Positions 26,638-40,370 of a stretch of 64,000 bases of DNA are shown here, piece after piece. Made by a program: the position numbers and the translations under genes. The stretch comes from Leptogorgia sarmentosa (taxonomy: Eukaryota). Numbering within the stretch: position 1 is the first letter of the stretch; the number at the start of each line of letters is the position of its first letter. The stretch is taken from positions 6,448,001-6,512,000 of the forward strand of contig OZ210884.1 in assembly GCA_964658305.1 (NCBI GenBank), written 5' to 3'. The notes beneath the pieces were generated by a model, which ran no database searches, was not told where the DNA came from, and saw nothing but the letters and a program-made list of their open reading frames with translations.

Positions 26638-27409
26638 CCGACCTGGTACGCGATTGAGCCGTCAGACGTTTCGAAACATTATGCACTATAACATACCACA
26701 CCTTGTACTGCGTTGTTTATTATCGAGTTTAATTATATCACCATATCCATAATAATGATGCACGAATAAATATGAGTGAATGCTCTTTTTAATTCTAAAT
26801 TAATATAATGAATGCGAGCATTATCCAAGTTGAAAAAATAATCTTAACGTACGTTATTTTGAAAAAGGTTAAGTTCGTATTACTTGTAATTGCAACTACA
26901 CTAATTATATATAATTATACGTATTTCTAGACATTCTATAGATTATAAATGATTACTACATAAGGAGCTTAACACTGAGTTATGTGTGAATGTCATTGAG
27001 CTTCTGTTACCAATTTTCTTTTCTTGTTTGAACCTTCATGATCTTACGATGAACAATTTTTAACGTTTTCCTATAGCAAAACGAGTTTTCGGAAGATCGA
27101 AACACGTTATGTAATCATAATGAATGTGCAAACAAGAAAACTAAATATTAAAATCTCCTAGTGAAATTATATGTTGCATGTAGCATCATAAAAAGTGATT
27201 CTATAACAGACGATTCGAAGCTTCTTTAGCATTATTCGTATCGTTATCTGTATGTCAAGTCTATTCTGCAGTCTTAAACTCCTTAATTGAAATATTAATT
27301 ATAAATTGATAACTTATGACATAGTAGCACAGGATAGATATTAGCTACTTAACGGTCTTAACCAAAAGTGTCACTCTTAAGCGCCTTATTGGAAAAACGT
27401 CAGAAATGT

Positions 27410-27552
27410 TTTACGTGCTGATGTCGTGAAATTACCTACACCATTCTGGAGTGCACAAAGCACTATGTACCTATAAAATTCTCATGAAAAACGTCCGTGT
27501 GCACTCTAAGATGGCGTCATATGATAGTGAATTCTCACGTCAGCACATAAAA
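27410..27552. repeat. Degenerate inverted repeat (possible old MITE)
   Basis: tttacgtgctgatgtcgtgaaatt..ccattctggagtgcaca pairs with tgtgcactctaagatgg..aattctcacgtcagcacataaa. Confidence 0.45.
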
Positions 27553-28014
27553 AAATGAAACAAATTATTGTCTGACTGGAACTTCCACTTTGAGTATCTA
27601 TTCTGCAATAGTAAGTCCAGGAGACTATTGTTAACATAATGCTACATTTCCAATCGACACTACGTTAATACTGGCACTACAGTAATTTCTATATTAACGA
27701 GAGACAGAATTCCTTTTTCTAACACGCTGGTGAGAACCCTGGGTCCAAGTTACACTTGACACAACATCAGAGCAGCCTCAGGAAATTCATGATAAATAAC
27801 ATCTGATCACATGATCGGATTAGTAAGATAAGGAAAATATTGTAGTGGATATATATTTAACTGATAAATGAAAACAATGATGTTGTGAGAATTGTATTGG
27901 TGGCATACCGGATATATCTTGTAACTAAGACTCAAGGACTCTGTAAATATGTTTAAATATATAGGTTACATGTCAAATGTTTAATTATACCAAATGTCCA
28001 GTATCCATATTCAG

Positions 28015-31000
28015 TTAAAGAGACGTATTTTTCTGCCTCGTTCCTATTGGTTCGACATATTCCTGTGAAAAAAGATCGCAAGCATAAGTATTCTCGGAAT
28101 GACGCAATGTTGAAAATACTAGGGGTGGCTGTACGATGTCAAAAAGAAAATAACCGATTCTTACCACGATATCATCTGCAGATTTTGAATAACCTTCGTT
28201 TCCATCATACGAATAAAGATTATAGTCTACCGCGAAGTGGTTATTTCCATTTTCCAGATTATAACTGTTATAGTCCAGTGACTTTGATTTACGTTTCGTT
28301 AAAATAAGCTGTAAGAAGTAAACCAAATTGATTATAAAATTCATAGTTCAATAATAAATTAGTAATACATCTATTGCCATTTTGAGTTAAAAAAGATTGA
28401 CTCAAAAAAATGTTTTTGACCAAATAACAATGCAATTTAGTAATGCTGCTAAACAGCCGCTACTCAAACAAAATGAAATTTTTTGTCAATTATTTATATT
28501 ATAACGTATAGTACAATGTACGGTTTATGGAAGTAATTAAACTATCGTAAGTTTGATGTTCGAAAACAAGGAAACGCTATATTTATGGTTAGTTCGCTGC
28601 TGCTGAAATTCCAATTAACTGCCATTGCACATGGCCGGCGTCATTTATTCGTAGCAAGTTTAGCACTTTTAGTGCGAACGGTGGATAGGTCTACAATATA
28701 AAACAAACATATGTATTCATTGAAAAATCGAAAAAAAGTTTCTATCTGAAAAAAGGGCGTACAGTATGAAAACAATTACATGTGTAGGGTTTGAAGCTTC
28801 TGCTCTGTTATTCAATTGGATGTTTGCAAGAGCATGGATTTGGAGTTTCAGTTGATCGGCAAGTATGACAAAAATCGATCCATTTGAAACACATTTTGAG
28901 TTACAGATATTATGAGTCTCGACAGATGTGTTACCACTCAGATCCTGATTCCTGAGAAAAATTGTGCACAAGTTGTTTAATTGCCCGTCTTTTGAGCGAA
29001 ATGTCACGTGATTGTGAACGGGAGCGTCACGTGACGGTGAAAAGTCACGTGAACAGGAGTGTAAGTTACATTTGCTTTATTCTTCGTTTTAACGAAAAGG
29101 GCTACAAACAACCTGCTCCTGGAAACAACAAAACTAAATTTTCAAATATACTACTATACCCTAATATACGTACCAGCACTGAAACTATAACCAGAATAAT
29201 GAAGGCAGCAACCAGGCAAACTATCAAGATAATCACCCACGTTTTAATTTCGTCGTCGTCGTCGTTATCCACGCCTCTTTCAAACACATTGACATCTAGA
29301 ATTATGAACGGTCCACTATTATTTTCCTTTGCTTTGACTATCCGTTCTTCAATTTGCTCAACGGTGGTATTAGCTTCGGTTGAATTGAATACTACATCGA
29401 TATCTGCAATGATACTCCCTTCAGTAAAAGAATTAACGAATATTCCGATAAATCCTGGTATATTTCCGTACAATTCTCCCGATTTCAAGAATTTCTTAAA
29501 CTCTTCTTCCAACTTTTTGAAGGCTTGACTATCACGGTTCCCTAGATCAGTTTTGAAGGTTCTATCAACTGTAATTACCACGCCGTATGTTGTCGTTCCT
29601 TGAGATGGAATGGTAGTTGGAGCATTTGTAGTAGTTGGAGCATTTGTAGTAGTTGGAGCATTTGTAGTAGGCACTACTGAGCTTGTAGCAGGAGGTGACA
29701 CAGATGAACTTGGTGAAATTGTATTTGATTGACGCACCACAAACGATGAACTTGTAGTAACTGAAAGCGATTGAGTATTTTGTACAACAATACTGGAAGA
29801 AGGAATTGTCAATGATGGTGTCTCTGATAGTGTCTGGGTCGGTTGAACATCGGATGATGAAATTATCTCTGATGCTGTTTGTGTCGGTTGAACATCGATA
29901 CTTGAAGCTGACATTGCCATCGATGATGACATAATCTCCGATGCTGTTTGTGTCGGTTGAACATCGATATTTGAAGCTGACATTCCCATAGATGATGAAA
30001 TTACCTCTGATGCTGTTTGTGTCGGTTGAACATCGATACTTGAAGCTGACATTGCCATCGGTGACGACATTACCTCTGATGCTGTTTGTGTCGGTTGAAC
30101 ATCGATATTTGAAGCTGACATTGCCATGGATGATGAAATTATCTCTGATGCTGTTTGTGTCGGTTGAACATCGACATTTGAAGATGACATTGCCATCGAT
30201 GATGAAATTATCTCTGATGCTGTTTGTGTCGGTTGAACATCGATACTTGAAGCTGACATTGCCATCGATGATGAAATTATCTCCGATGCTGTTTGTGTCG
30301 GTTGAACATCGATACTTGAAGCTGACATTGCCATGGATGACGACATTATTTCTGATGCTGTTTGGGTGGGTTCAACATCGATACTTGAAGCTGACATTCC
30401 CATCGAAGAAGACATTATTTCTGATTGCGTCTGAGTTGTTTGGACGTCAACGCTTGAAGCCGACATTCTTACTGATGATAACATTGTCTGTAATAGTGTC
30501 TGAGAGGGTTGACTGTAAACGGTAGAAGCTGAAATATGCATTGTTGATGACATCTGCCGATTATCTACCACGTTTTCTACAACATTGACGTTTTGAATGA
30601 TGAACGATCCATTGTTAGTTTCATTTGCGTTCACTAGCGGTTCTTCAATTTGCTCAACAGTGGTATTACCTTCGGTTGAATTGAATACTATATCGATGTC
30701 TGCAATGACACTTCCTTGTGTAAAAGAATTAACGATTATTCTGATAAATCCTGGTATATTTTCGTAAAATGGTGTTAAGAAATCCAGAAACTCGTTTTCC
30801 AATGCGTCGAAGGCTTCACTACTACGATTTTCTAGGTCAGTTGTAAAGTTTCTCTGAACTGTAATTACCACGTCGTATGTAGTAATTTCTGGAGCTGGAG
30901 TGGTAGGAGTAGTTGGAGGATTTGTAGTAGGCACTGCTGAGCTTGTGGCAGGAGGTGACATAGATGAACTTGGTGAAATTGTATTTGATTGATGCACCGC

Positions 31001-34000
31001 AAACGATGAACTTGTAGTAACTGATGGCGATTGAGTATTTTGTACAACAATACTGGAAGAAGGAATTGCCAATGATGGCAAAGGTGTCGCTGATAATGCC
31101 TGACTGGATTGGGAATTAACACTGAAAACTGAAATTGCCGTTGATGTTGACATTTTCTCTGTTACTGTCGAAGTTGGTTGAACATCAACACTGGAAGCTG
31201 ACGTTCTCGTTGATGACATAATCAATGACTGTGTTTGACTGGATTGGACATCAACTGTAGATGCCATTGTTATTGATGACGACATTATCTCTGATGCTGT
31301 TTGTGTCGGTTCAACATCGATACTTGAAGCTGACATTCCCATCGATGATGACACCATATCTGATAGTGTCTGGGTGGGTTCAACATCGATACTTGAAGCT
31401 GACATTCCCATCGATGATGACATCATATCTGATAGTGTCTGGGTGGGTTCAACATCGATACTTGAAGCTGACATTCCCATCGATGATGACATTATTTCTG
31501 ATTGTGTCTGGGTGGGTTCAACATCGACACTTGAAGCTGACATTCCCATCGATGATGACATTATTTCTGATTGTGTCTGGGTGGGTTCAACATCGACACT
31601 TGAAGCTGACATTCCCATCGATGATGACATTATTTCTGATTGTGTTTGGGTGGGTTCAACATCGATACTTGAAGCTGACATTCCCATCGATGATGACATT
31701 ATTTCTGATAGTGTTTGGGTGGGTTCAACATCGATACTTGAAGCTGACATTCCCATCGATGATGACATCATATCTGATAGTGTCTGAGTGGGTTCAACAT
31801 CGATACTTGAAGCTGACATTCCCATCGAAGATGACATTATTTCTGATAGTGTCTGAGTTGTTTGGACGTCAACGCTTGAAGCCGACATTCTTACTGATGA
31901 TAACATTGTCTGTAATAGTGTCTGAGAGGGTTGAATGTAAACGCTAGAAGCTGACATATGCATTGTTGATGACATCTGCTGATTATCTACCACGTTTTCT
32001 ACAACATTGACGTTTTGAATGATGAACGATGCATTATTAGTTTCATTTGCGTTCACTATCGGTTCTTCAATTTGCTCAACTGTGGTATTACCTTCGGTTG
32101 AATTGAATACTATATCGATGTCTGCAATGACACTTCCTTGTGTAAAAGAATTTACGATTATTCTGATAAATCCTGGTATATTTTCGTAAAATGGTGTTAA
32201 GAAATCCAGAAACTCGTTTTCCAATGTGTTGAAGGCTTCACTACTACGATTTTCTAGGTCAGTTGTAAAGTTTCTCTGAACTGTAATTACCACGTCGTAT
32301 GTAGTAATTTCTGGAGCTGGAGTGGTAGGAGTCGTTGGAGGATTTGTAGTAGGAACTGCTGAGCTTGTAGCAGCTGGTGACAGAGATGAACTTGGTGAAA
32401 TTGTATTTGATTGATGCACCGCAAACGATGAACTTGTAGTAACTGATAGCGATTGAGTATTTTGTACAACAATACTGGAAAAAGGAATTGTCAATGATAG
32501 TAAAGGTGTCTGTGATAATGGCCGGGTGGATTGGGCAGTAACACTGAAAAATGTAATTGCCGTTGATGTTGACATAATCTCTGATATTGTTTGTGTCGGT
32601 TGAACATCGATACTTGAAGCTGACATAGCCATCGACGATGACATAAGCTCTGATTGTGTCTGAGTGGGTTGGACATCATCACTTGACGTTGACATTCTCA
32701 ATGACGATGACATTATTTCCGATAGTGTCTGGGTGGATTGGACATGAACACTTGACGATGACAATCCCATCGACGATGACATTCCCATCGACGATGACAT
32801 TATTTCTGATAGTGTCTGGGTGGGTGGGACATCAACACTTGACGTTGACATTCCCATCGACGATGACATTCCCATCGACGATGATATTATTTCTGATAGT
32901 GTCTGGGTGAGTGGGACAACCATACTTGATGATGACATTCCCATCGACGATGATATTATTTCTGAAAGTGTCTGGGTGGGTGGGACATCAACACTTGATG
33001 ATGACATTCCCAACGACGATGATATTATTTCTGATAGTGTCTGGGTGAGTGGGACATCAACACTTGACGATGACATTCCCATCGACGATGATATTATTTC
33101 TGATAGTGTCTGGGTGGGTGGGACATCAACACTTGACGATGACATTCTCATCGACGATGATATTATTTCTGATAGTGTCTGGGTGGGTGGGACATCAACA
33201 CTTGACGATGACATTCCCATCGACGATGACATAATTTCTGATAGTGTCTGGGTGGGTGGGACATCAACACTTGACGATGACATTCCCATCGACGATGACA
33301 TTCTCATCGACGATGATATTATTTCTGATAGTGTCTGGGTGGGTGGGACATCAATACTTGACGATGACATTCCCATCGATGATGACATTATTTCTGATAG
33401 TGTCTGGGTGGGTGGGACATCAACACTTGACGTTGACATTCCCATCGACGATGACATTCCCATCGATGATGACATTATTTCTGATAGTGTCTGGGTGGGT
33501 GGGACATCAATACTTGACGATGACATTCCCATCGACGATGACATTCCCATCGATGATGATATTATTTCTGATAGTGTCTGGGTGAGTGGGACAACCATAC
33601 TTGATGATGACATTCCCATCGACGATGATATTATTTCTGAAAGTGTCTGGGTGGGTGGGACATCAACACTTGACGATGACATTCCCATCGACGATGATAT
33701 TATTTCTGATAGTGTCTGGGTGGGTGGGACATCAACACTTGACGATGACATTCCCATCGACGATGACATAATTTCTGATAGTGTCTGGGTGGGTGGGACA
33801 TCAACACTTGACGATGACATTCCCATCGACGATGACATTCTCATCGACGATGATATTATTTCTGATAGTGTCTGGGTGGGTGGGACAACCATACTTGACG
33901 ATGACATTCCCATCGACGATGACATTCTCATCGATGATGACATTATTTCTGATAGTGTCTGGGTGGGTGGGACATCAATACTTGACGATGACATTCCCAT

Positions 34001-37000
34001 CGATGATGACATTATTTCTGATAGTGTCTGGGTGGGTGGGACATCAACACTTGACGTTGACATTCCCATCGACGATGACATTCCCATCGATGATGACATT
34101 ATTTCTGATAGTGTCTGGGTGGGTGGGACATCAATACTTGACGATGACATTCCCATCGACGATGACATTCCCATCGATGATGACATTATTTCTGATAGTG
34201 TCTGGGTGGGTGGGACATCAACACTTGACGTTGACATTCCCATCGACGATGACATTCCCATCGATGATGACATTATTTCTGATAGTGTCTGGGTGAGTGG
34301 GACATCAACACTTGACGTTGACATTCCAATCGACGATGACATTCCCATCGATGATGACATTATTTCTGATAGTGTCTGGGTGGGTGGGACATCAATACTT
34401 GACGATGACATTCCCATCGATGATGACATTATTTCTGATAGTGTCTGGGTGGGTGGGACATCAACACTTGACGTTGACATTCCCATCGACGATGACATTC
34501 CCACCGACGATGACATTATTTCTGATAGTGTCTGGGTGGGTGGGACATCAACACTTGACGTTGACATTCCAATCGACGATGACATTCCCATCGATGATGA
34601 CATTATTTCTGATAGTGTCTGGGTGGGTGGGACATCAACACTTGACGTTGACATTCCAATCGACGATGACATTCCCATCGATGATGACATTATTTCTGAT
34701 AGTGTCTGGGTCGGTGGGATATCTACACTTGACGTTGACATTCCCATCGATGATGACATTATTTCTGATAGTGTCTGGGTGGGTGGGACATCAACACTTG
34801 ACGATGACATTCCCACCGACGATGACATTATTTCTGATAGTGTCTGGGTTGGTGGGACATCAACACTTGACGATGACATTCCCATCGACGATGACATTCT
34901 CTCTAATAGTGTCTGGGTGGGTGGGACATCAACACTTGACGATGACATTCCCATCGACGATGACATTATTTCTGATAGTGTCTGGGTGGGTGGGACATCA
35001 ACACTTGACGATGACATTCCCATCGACGATGACATTATTTCTGATAGTGTCTGGGTGGGTGGGACATCAACACTTGACGATGACATTCCCATCGACGATG
35101 ACATTCTCTCTAATAGTGTCTGGGTGGGTGGGACATCAACACTTGACGATGACATTCTCAATGACGATGACATAATTTCTGATAGTGTCTGGGTTGGTTG
35201 GAAATCAACACTGGAAGCTGATGATTCACTTGTTCGCACACTGGAGGTTACAGCTGATATTGATGATGATGCGACTATTAATGAGGAGGGACTTGTTTGT
35301 ACGTGGTCACTGGTCATTGATATTGATATTGTAGAGACTGTGCATACTAAAAATTTGAGAGAAAGATAATAATGCTTTTGTGGGTGATTTTGTTCTGCAG
35401 AAAAGGAAACTTGTTGGTGACATTTGGTCGTGAATGTAATTTACAGCAGTGTTGCCGTATTTTACCGGGGCTTTTTTAACATAATTTATAAATTGGAGAC
35501 GCCAAAATACCCTCTACGTTGCCCACTCCCTCCCACTAGAGGAACCCCCCCCCCCAGTAAAATTTTCTTTTTGTCTGAAAATGAGCCAAAATCAAACTAA
35601 AATTGGAGATCAAAAATCTAAAAATCCAGACTCCCCTTAAATGTATATTTCTTTATACATTTTTTATTAATTTATAATTATTTTGCTTTCTTTTCCGTCC
35701 TTCCTATTTTATGTTGATATTTCCATCCCTCTTTTAAGTCCCTTTTCGTTTGCCCCCCCCCGCCCCCCCCCCTCCCACTGAAAATCCTTAAAAATGCCCT
35801 GTTAATTTAGTTTTATAGTAATTCATCTTAGTAAACACTTCACTAGTCTACCAACCAATATGAACACGCGCAAAAACTAATTTGTTAGCGACATATCACA
35901 GTGCATTATAATTTCAATTTAAATTTTATCGATGCTTGCATAGCAGTAACTTTGTTTTGGATACAGTTGCTATAAATATTTTCACCAATTATAAACATAT
36001 AATTTTTTGTTTAAATATTTGCTCTGCGTCAGCCAAATTTACACCGATTAGTGGAGATTAAGATCAAAATAGCTCAGTCATTATAAGTCTGCCGCCCACC
36101 TATGCCTACAACGTGTATCTAATCTTTTTTTAATGAAATGTGCCTGAAAAGGCATTCTTCGATAATTCACGAAAATTAAATAGGACCATTTGATACCACT
36201 AGAATATATTATGTTAACAGTTATAGTATAGCTACATTGGATATTCAATATTGGGTAATTTTGTATAGCAAATTGTTAATCATGCAATGACTTAGCAACA
36301 CTGAATTACATTCCTGAAATATTTCCGTTGATTCGATTGCAGGGGCGAGTTATATTGGAATGTTTGGCATATTGATCACAAATATGAAAAGTCAACAAAA
36401 TAATGAGCAATTCATTAAATCTACATGGTTGTCTTACCAGAAGTAATTATGAAAATATACATAAATTATTTTTGACATGGATATAATTCTGCATGTAAAA
36501 TATCTGATAAATTGAAGTGTCACCGCCATTCTGACAGATTCTTAAAGAAACAGCAAACATGTCCTAAAATTAAACTCATTAATCAAGCAAGATGCCAGTT
36601 TTGAACCCATATATATAATGTCCTTGTAAAGTCTCAGACTCGAGTTAGAAATTAAACTATACAGAGAAACTATACAAATCAGAAAAAGGTAAAGCAACTT
36701 TGGTGTCTTATAGATATGATGTTTGGCGATAACTAAACGTTCTTCACAACAATAAAATTCAAGCCTTTAAATTCTTAGTGAACCATGGTTTTACCCTGTA
36801 ATATTGGCGTGATTTTTCCACAGATCTTTGCACCTGAAGCGGGCGCAAAACATTAATTGAGAGTAACTTGCAATAGGGGAGTTAAAAATGAATTCTAAAA
36901 CGGACAACAGATTATTTGGGAGGTTAAGGGCCGACAAAAACATGGTTCAACTAACACAAGAACAAAACTTTTTGCGAAACAGGAGTTTCAAACAGCTGGT

Positions 37001-40000
37001 ACGTGACACCGAGAGAACCTTTAAGACGTATAGGAACATAATTCACTATGATACTTAAGTGACATATTCTTGCATGAATTATTTACGGCTAGTGTTAGAA
37101 TACACGCGATTTTGACCAGCTTTTAACTGGCCTTTTAGCAGTCGCTTCTATAGCCTGGTAGTTTTATATGAAAACATGGCTACAGCACGTTAAACGTTAC
37201 AACTGTAATGATCTCAAATAAATATATACCCATGCACTGACTGATGAACTTGACGATGGCTTTTACACCCCAAAGGAAAAATGTAAAAAATGGAGTAGAC
37301 AACAATACGAATTTCGTGGTTTCCGTTACTTTCTATACTGAAGGCCAATTAATAGTTTCGGTATTTACTGATCACTTAAAAGTGCCGACATAGGCGTCCA
37401 TGTTAATAAGCATTAATTGTTTACTTTGTAATGATTTGGTTGAATTATATTTACATGATAGCTATATCAGGAACATTAATCTTCCCTTTCTTCAATTGTG
37501 GTAAATGACACAAATATTATTTACATGTAGATTTACATTGAGAGTTTTATCATTGAATTTAGTGGGAACCACTTGAAATGTTTCAAGTACTACCTACAAT
37601 CAACGTTTACACCTCACGAAATTGCACATAGCTATATCTGCTTCAAGCACTGCAAGATCAACATATTATGCAGTACATTGAACATTCATCTCAGTTCTCC
37701 TGCACTCCGATGATTGTCTCGACTTTAACAGAGATGACCCGATACAAAATAGGAAAAGCAAGAATACGGACTTATACGAGTAATCTTAAAATGAATACAT
37801 CCTTTTCCAATATGCAGTAGCTACTTTACAGCAACGGAAGAAAGGGAGACTTCCAAAAGAACTATACATAGTTTATGTGTACATATTTCATCGATATGAT
37901 CGATTAAGTCTATCCCTATAAATAGCGCTCAACATGTTTGAATAAATGCCTGGCTACAACTCGGCTACCATGCCCTGAAATTAACGGAGGTATTTCATCA
38001 CTAAATTTTAGTCCGAAGCTCATAGCAGAAGGCATACGTTCTTTTGAAGCACAAAATGATGAGAAAATACTGATAACAAAATACTTCTATATACGTATAA
38101 GAGGCTGTTTATGATACTGACCACCTGCGGGATTAATTAATGAAGCGTAGGATTAGGTATTGAAATGAGTCATAGCTTATGATTCGAAGGAAATGTTTAA
38201 TTCTTGAAGATTTTGTTCTGTTGAAATGTCGAATAGATAAAATGTTGCTGGACATCAATTTTTGTAAAATATATCTTTTTTGTTGATCAGTACTAGAAGT
38301 GTCCTAACTTTGGTTGTTTCGTTTCATAAACACGACTCATTTCAATACCTCAAGATCATTTGACGCATCATTAAATCCCGGCTAAGTGGGATCATATAAA
38401 CAGACCCTAAGTACTTCTTATACGTTCGTTGATATCTTAATTTTTTTGCCTTGCATTCTTTTCTTTGCAACAGCCATGTTAATTTCTTATGAAATCATCA
38501 TAACTACATTGTTTTGTTGACTCGACAGTCATTTCTTGTTGTTCTGAGGATTATAGGATTAAAGCAGTATAACCTTAATTTAGCATCATACCTTGGTTGA
38601 AAAGTACAAGTGAAACTTCAAGTTATGATTATGTGTGGGGTTTGATCTTTATCGACTGCTTTATCAACACTACATTATTATAATAGCTACAATAAAGATC
38701 CTTAAAGGTTAGACAACCCGGCACGACAAGGAACTGATGGAAGTCGAAACTCCCTTGGATATCAGCACATATGTCTCAGCGTATATTGTTAACATCAATT
38801 GTATTTGTACGTGGCAAATTAATTATGGACTATATACATTCCATGCAGTGACGCACTTTTTATTAACAACCACAATCATGTCAACCTCGATCCTATACAG
38901 AGTTTTATCTTCGCAGCACCAGTGCGGGTTCATAATTCTGAAAATTGTAACCAATTTCAGGCTATTTTGAAATGCCACTTATCTAATGACTATTTCACAT
39001 TTTTTTAAATTGAATCACTGATTAAGAAATCGCAATCAAAACTATAAAAGGGACTTTCTTGATGGAACACCTAAAATTCTTATCCACAGTAAATCTGATA
39101 GTAATTTTTTATAACACTTTGTGGGCTTAATTTAACATCATAACCAATGTATATATACAGTGTCTTATAATAAAAGCATCAAACGGTTTATTTATTGTGT
39201 CAGGAAAAACAAACACTTGGGTTTTACTATAATTAAAATCATCTAAAAAGATGATAATCGACAAAAAAAATGATAATTGACAAAACTGTTTTGATAATCT
39301 TCCAACGGGCTAGATTCTGACCACAAGAGTGAAAATTTTCGGATTCGTGCGAGATCTTTCTATATAGGGGTTTTGGCTTAATTACTGTTTACACAGAACT
39401 AATGACCAGGAATTCAGTTCAAACCTGAGAATTTTTTTTTGCGAACTTCAGTGTACATCAATACGCATAAATCAGCTCTCAAGTGAACGTTTCCCGTTAC
39501 GATTTTTAGCGAATTTGGTCGACGTATGTCAGTTTAATTTCTCGTAACGTTTTGCCATGCATTATGGTCAAACAATCTCTCAATCATTAACAATCGATTT
39601 TTTGGACTGTATAATCTACGCACTTCGCGAATCGATGGACTTCAACTACATTTTCAAAATATACCAAGCTGAAAAGTTTTGACTTCATAAAGAGGTACTA
39701 TATAAACAGTTCATACAAATTATTTCATTACCGGTATTTTATATTCACCTACATTCATTTCCAAGTTTGTATTATAATGTTAAGCTGTTGACTGCATAAT
39801 TATGGACTTGGTGAGATCAAAGAAATATTACACGAAAACAACATTTATAGAACAATACAACGGAAACTTTGCATGGACCACTTTCACTTTACAAAAACAT
39901 AAAGCGATAGTTTTGATTGCTTCTAAAAATTAGATCAGTCCTACAGCTGTATAATTATAGCTAGGAGCACTACGTGATGGGAACCAACGGATAAATCTAA

Positions 40001-40370
40001 CTACCGTTACGGTATGCGAATCAGCAGGCTTAAAAGATACAATAAATTTTCTCCCAGTGTTAGCAAATAGTTTTAATCGATCGTGAGTCGCCTGTAGTCG
40101 TCTCATGGTGTTTTAAATTATTCACTGATATAATCCGGCGTTAGGATATGTGCATTTTGATGACAATATGTCCTACTGAACTATGTAATAACAATATCGG
40201 GTTGGGAACTTCATACGTACATCTATAGCTCTGATGAAGCATGCAACAATGAAAATTTTGTTTTAAGCTAAAGGTAAAAATGTCTTCATGATTATGAAAG
40301 CAAAACACTCACCAACAGTATTGACTAAAAGCCCAGAACTCCCAAGCAGAAGTATTGCATATAACAGCAT
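28015..40370 (-). CDS. Giant transmembrane mucin D (~2,140 aa: signal peptide, Ser/Met-rich repeats, 3 SEA domains, TM, Tyr-rich tail ending TSL). Exons 40370-40313, 35346-29174, 28308-28165, 28062-28015
   Basis: Signal exon MLLYAILLLGSSGLLVNTV ends at a phase-1 GTGAGT donor and joins in frame to a 6.17-kb exon. SEA domains lie at ~31990-32305, ~30570-30885 and ~29285-29595 (FTQGSVIAD twice, FTEGSIIAD). TM WVIILIVCLVAAFIILVIVSVL; tail LILTKRKSK..EYVEPIGTRQKNTSL*. Confidence 0.85.
29850..30470 (-). repeat. 69-bp coding repeat block 3 of mucin D (SSSMAMSASSIDVQPTQTASEII variant)
   Basis: gatgctgtttgtgtcggttgaacatcg recurs every 69 nt. Confidence 0.9.
31270..31900 (-). repeat. 69-bp coding repeat block 2 of mucin D (SSSMGMSASSIDVEPTQTLSDMM variant)
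   Basis: ttcaacatcgatacttgaagctgacattcccatcg recurs every 69 nt. Confidence 0.9.
32560..35215 (-). repeat. Coding minisatellite: 69-bp unit (SSSMGMSSSSVDVPPTQTLSEIM) with an optional 18-bp SSSMGM insert (87-bp variant)
   Basis: tctgatagtgtctgggtgggtgggacatc recurs every 69 or 87 nt. Confidence 0.95.
38102..38408. mobile_element. Degenerate MITE in mucin D intron 1
   Basis: Imperfect TIRs ggctgtttatgat..cgggattaattaatgaagcgt / acgcatcattaaatcccg..atcatataaacagacc. Confidence 0.5.

Noticed and set aside
29992..35175. Several plus-strand repetitive ORFs (MTFPSTMTLFLIVSGWVGHQHL..)
   Set aside because: Alternative-frame products of the 69/87-bp coding repeats.
32820..35369. 849-aa Asp-rich plus-strand ORF (DDDIPIDDDIISDSVWVGG) resembling acidic biomineralisation proteins
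   Set aside because: It is the antisense shadow of the Ser/Met repeat (TCA/TCG/ATG codons read as GAT/GAC on the other strand). It has no ATG start or signal peptide and is confined to the repeat. Stranded RNA-seq would settle it.
36438..36462. Alternative first exon for mucin D (MYIFIITS, phase-1 GTAAGA donor)
   Set aside because: Too short for a good signal peptide. 40370-40313 gives a better signal peptide in the same phase. Not fully excluded.
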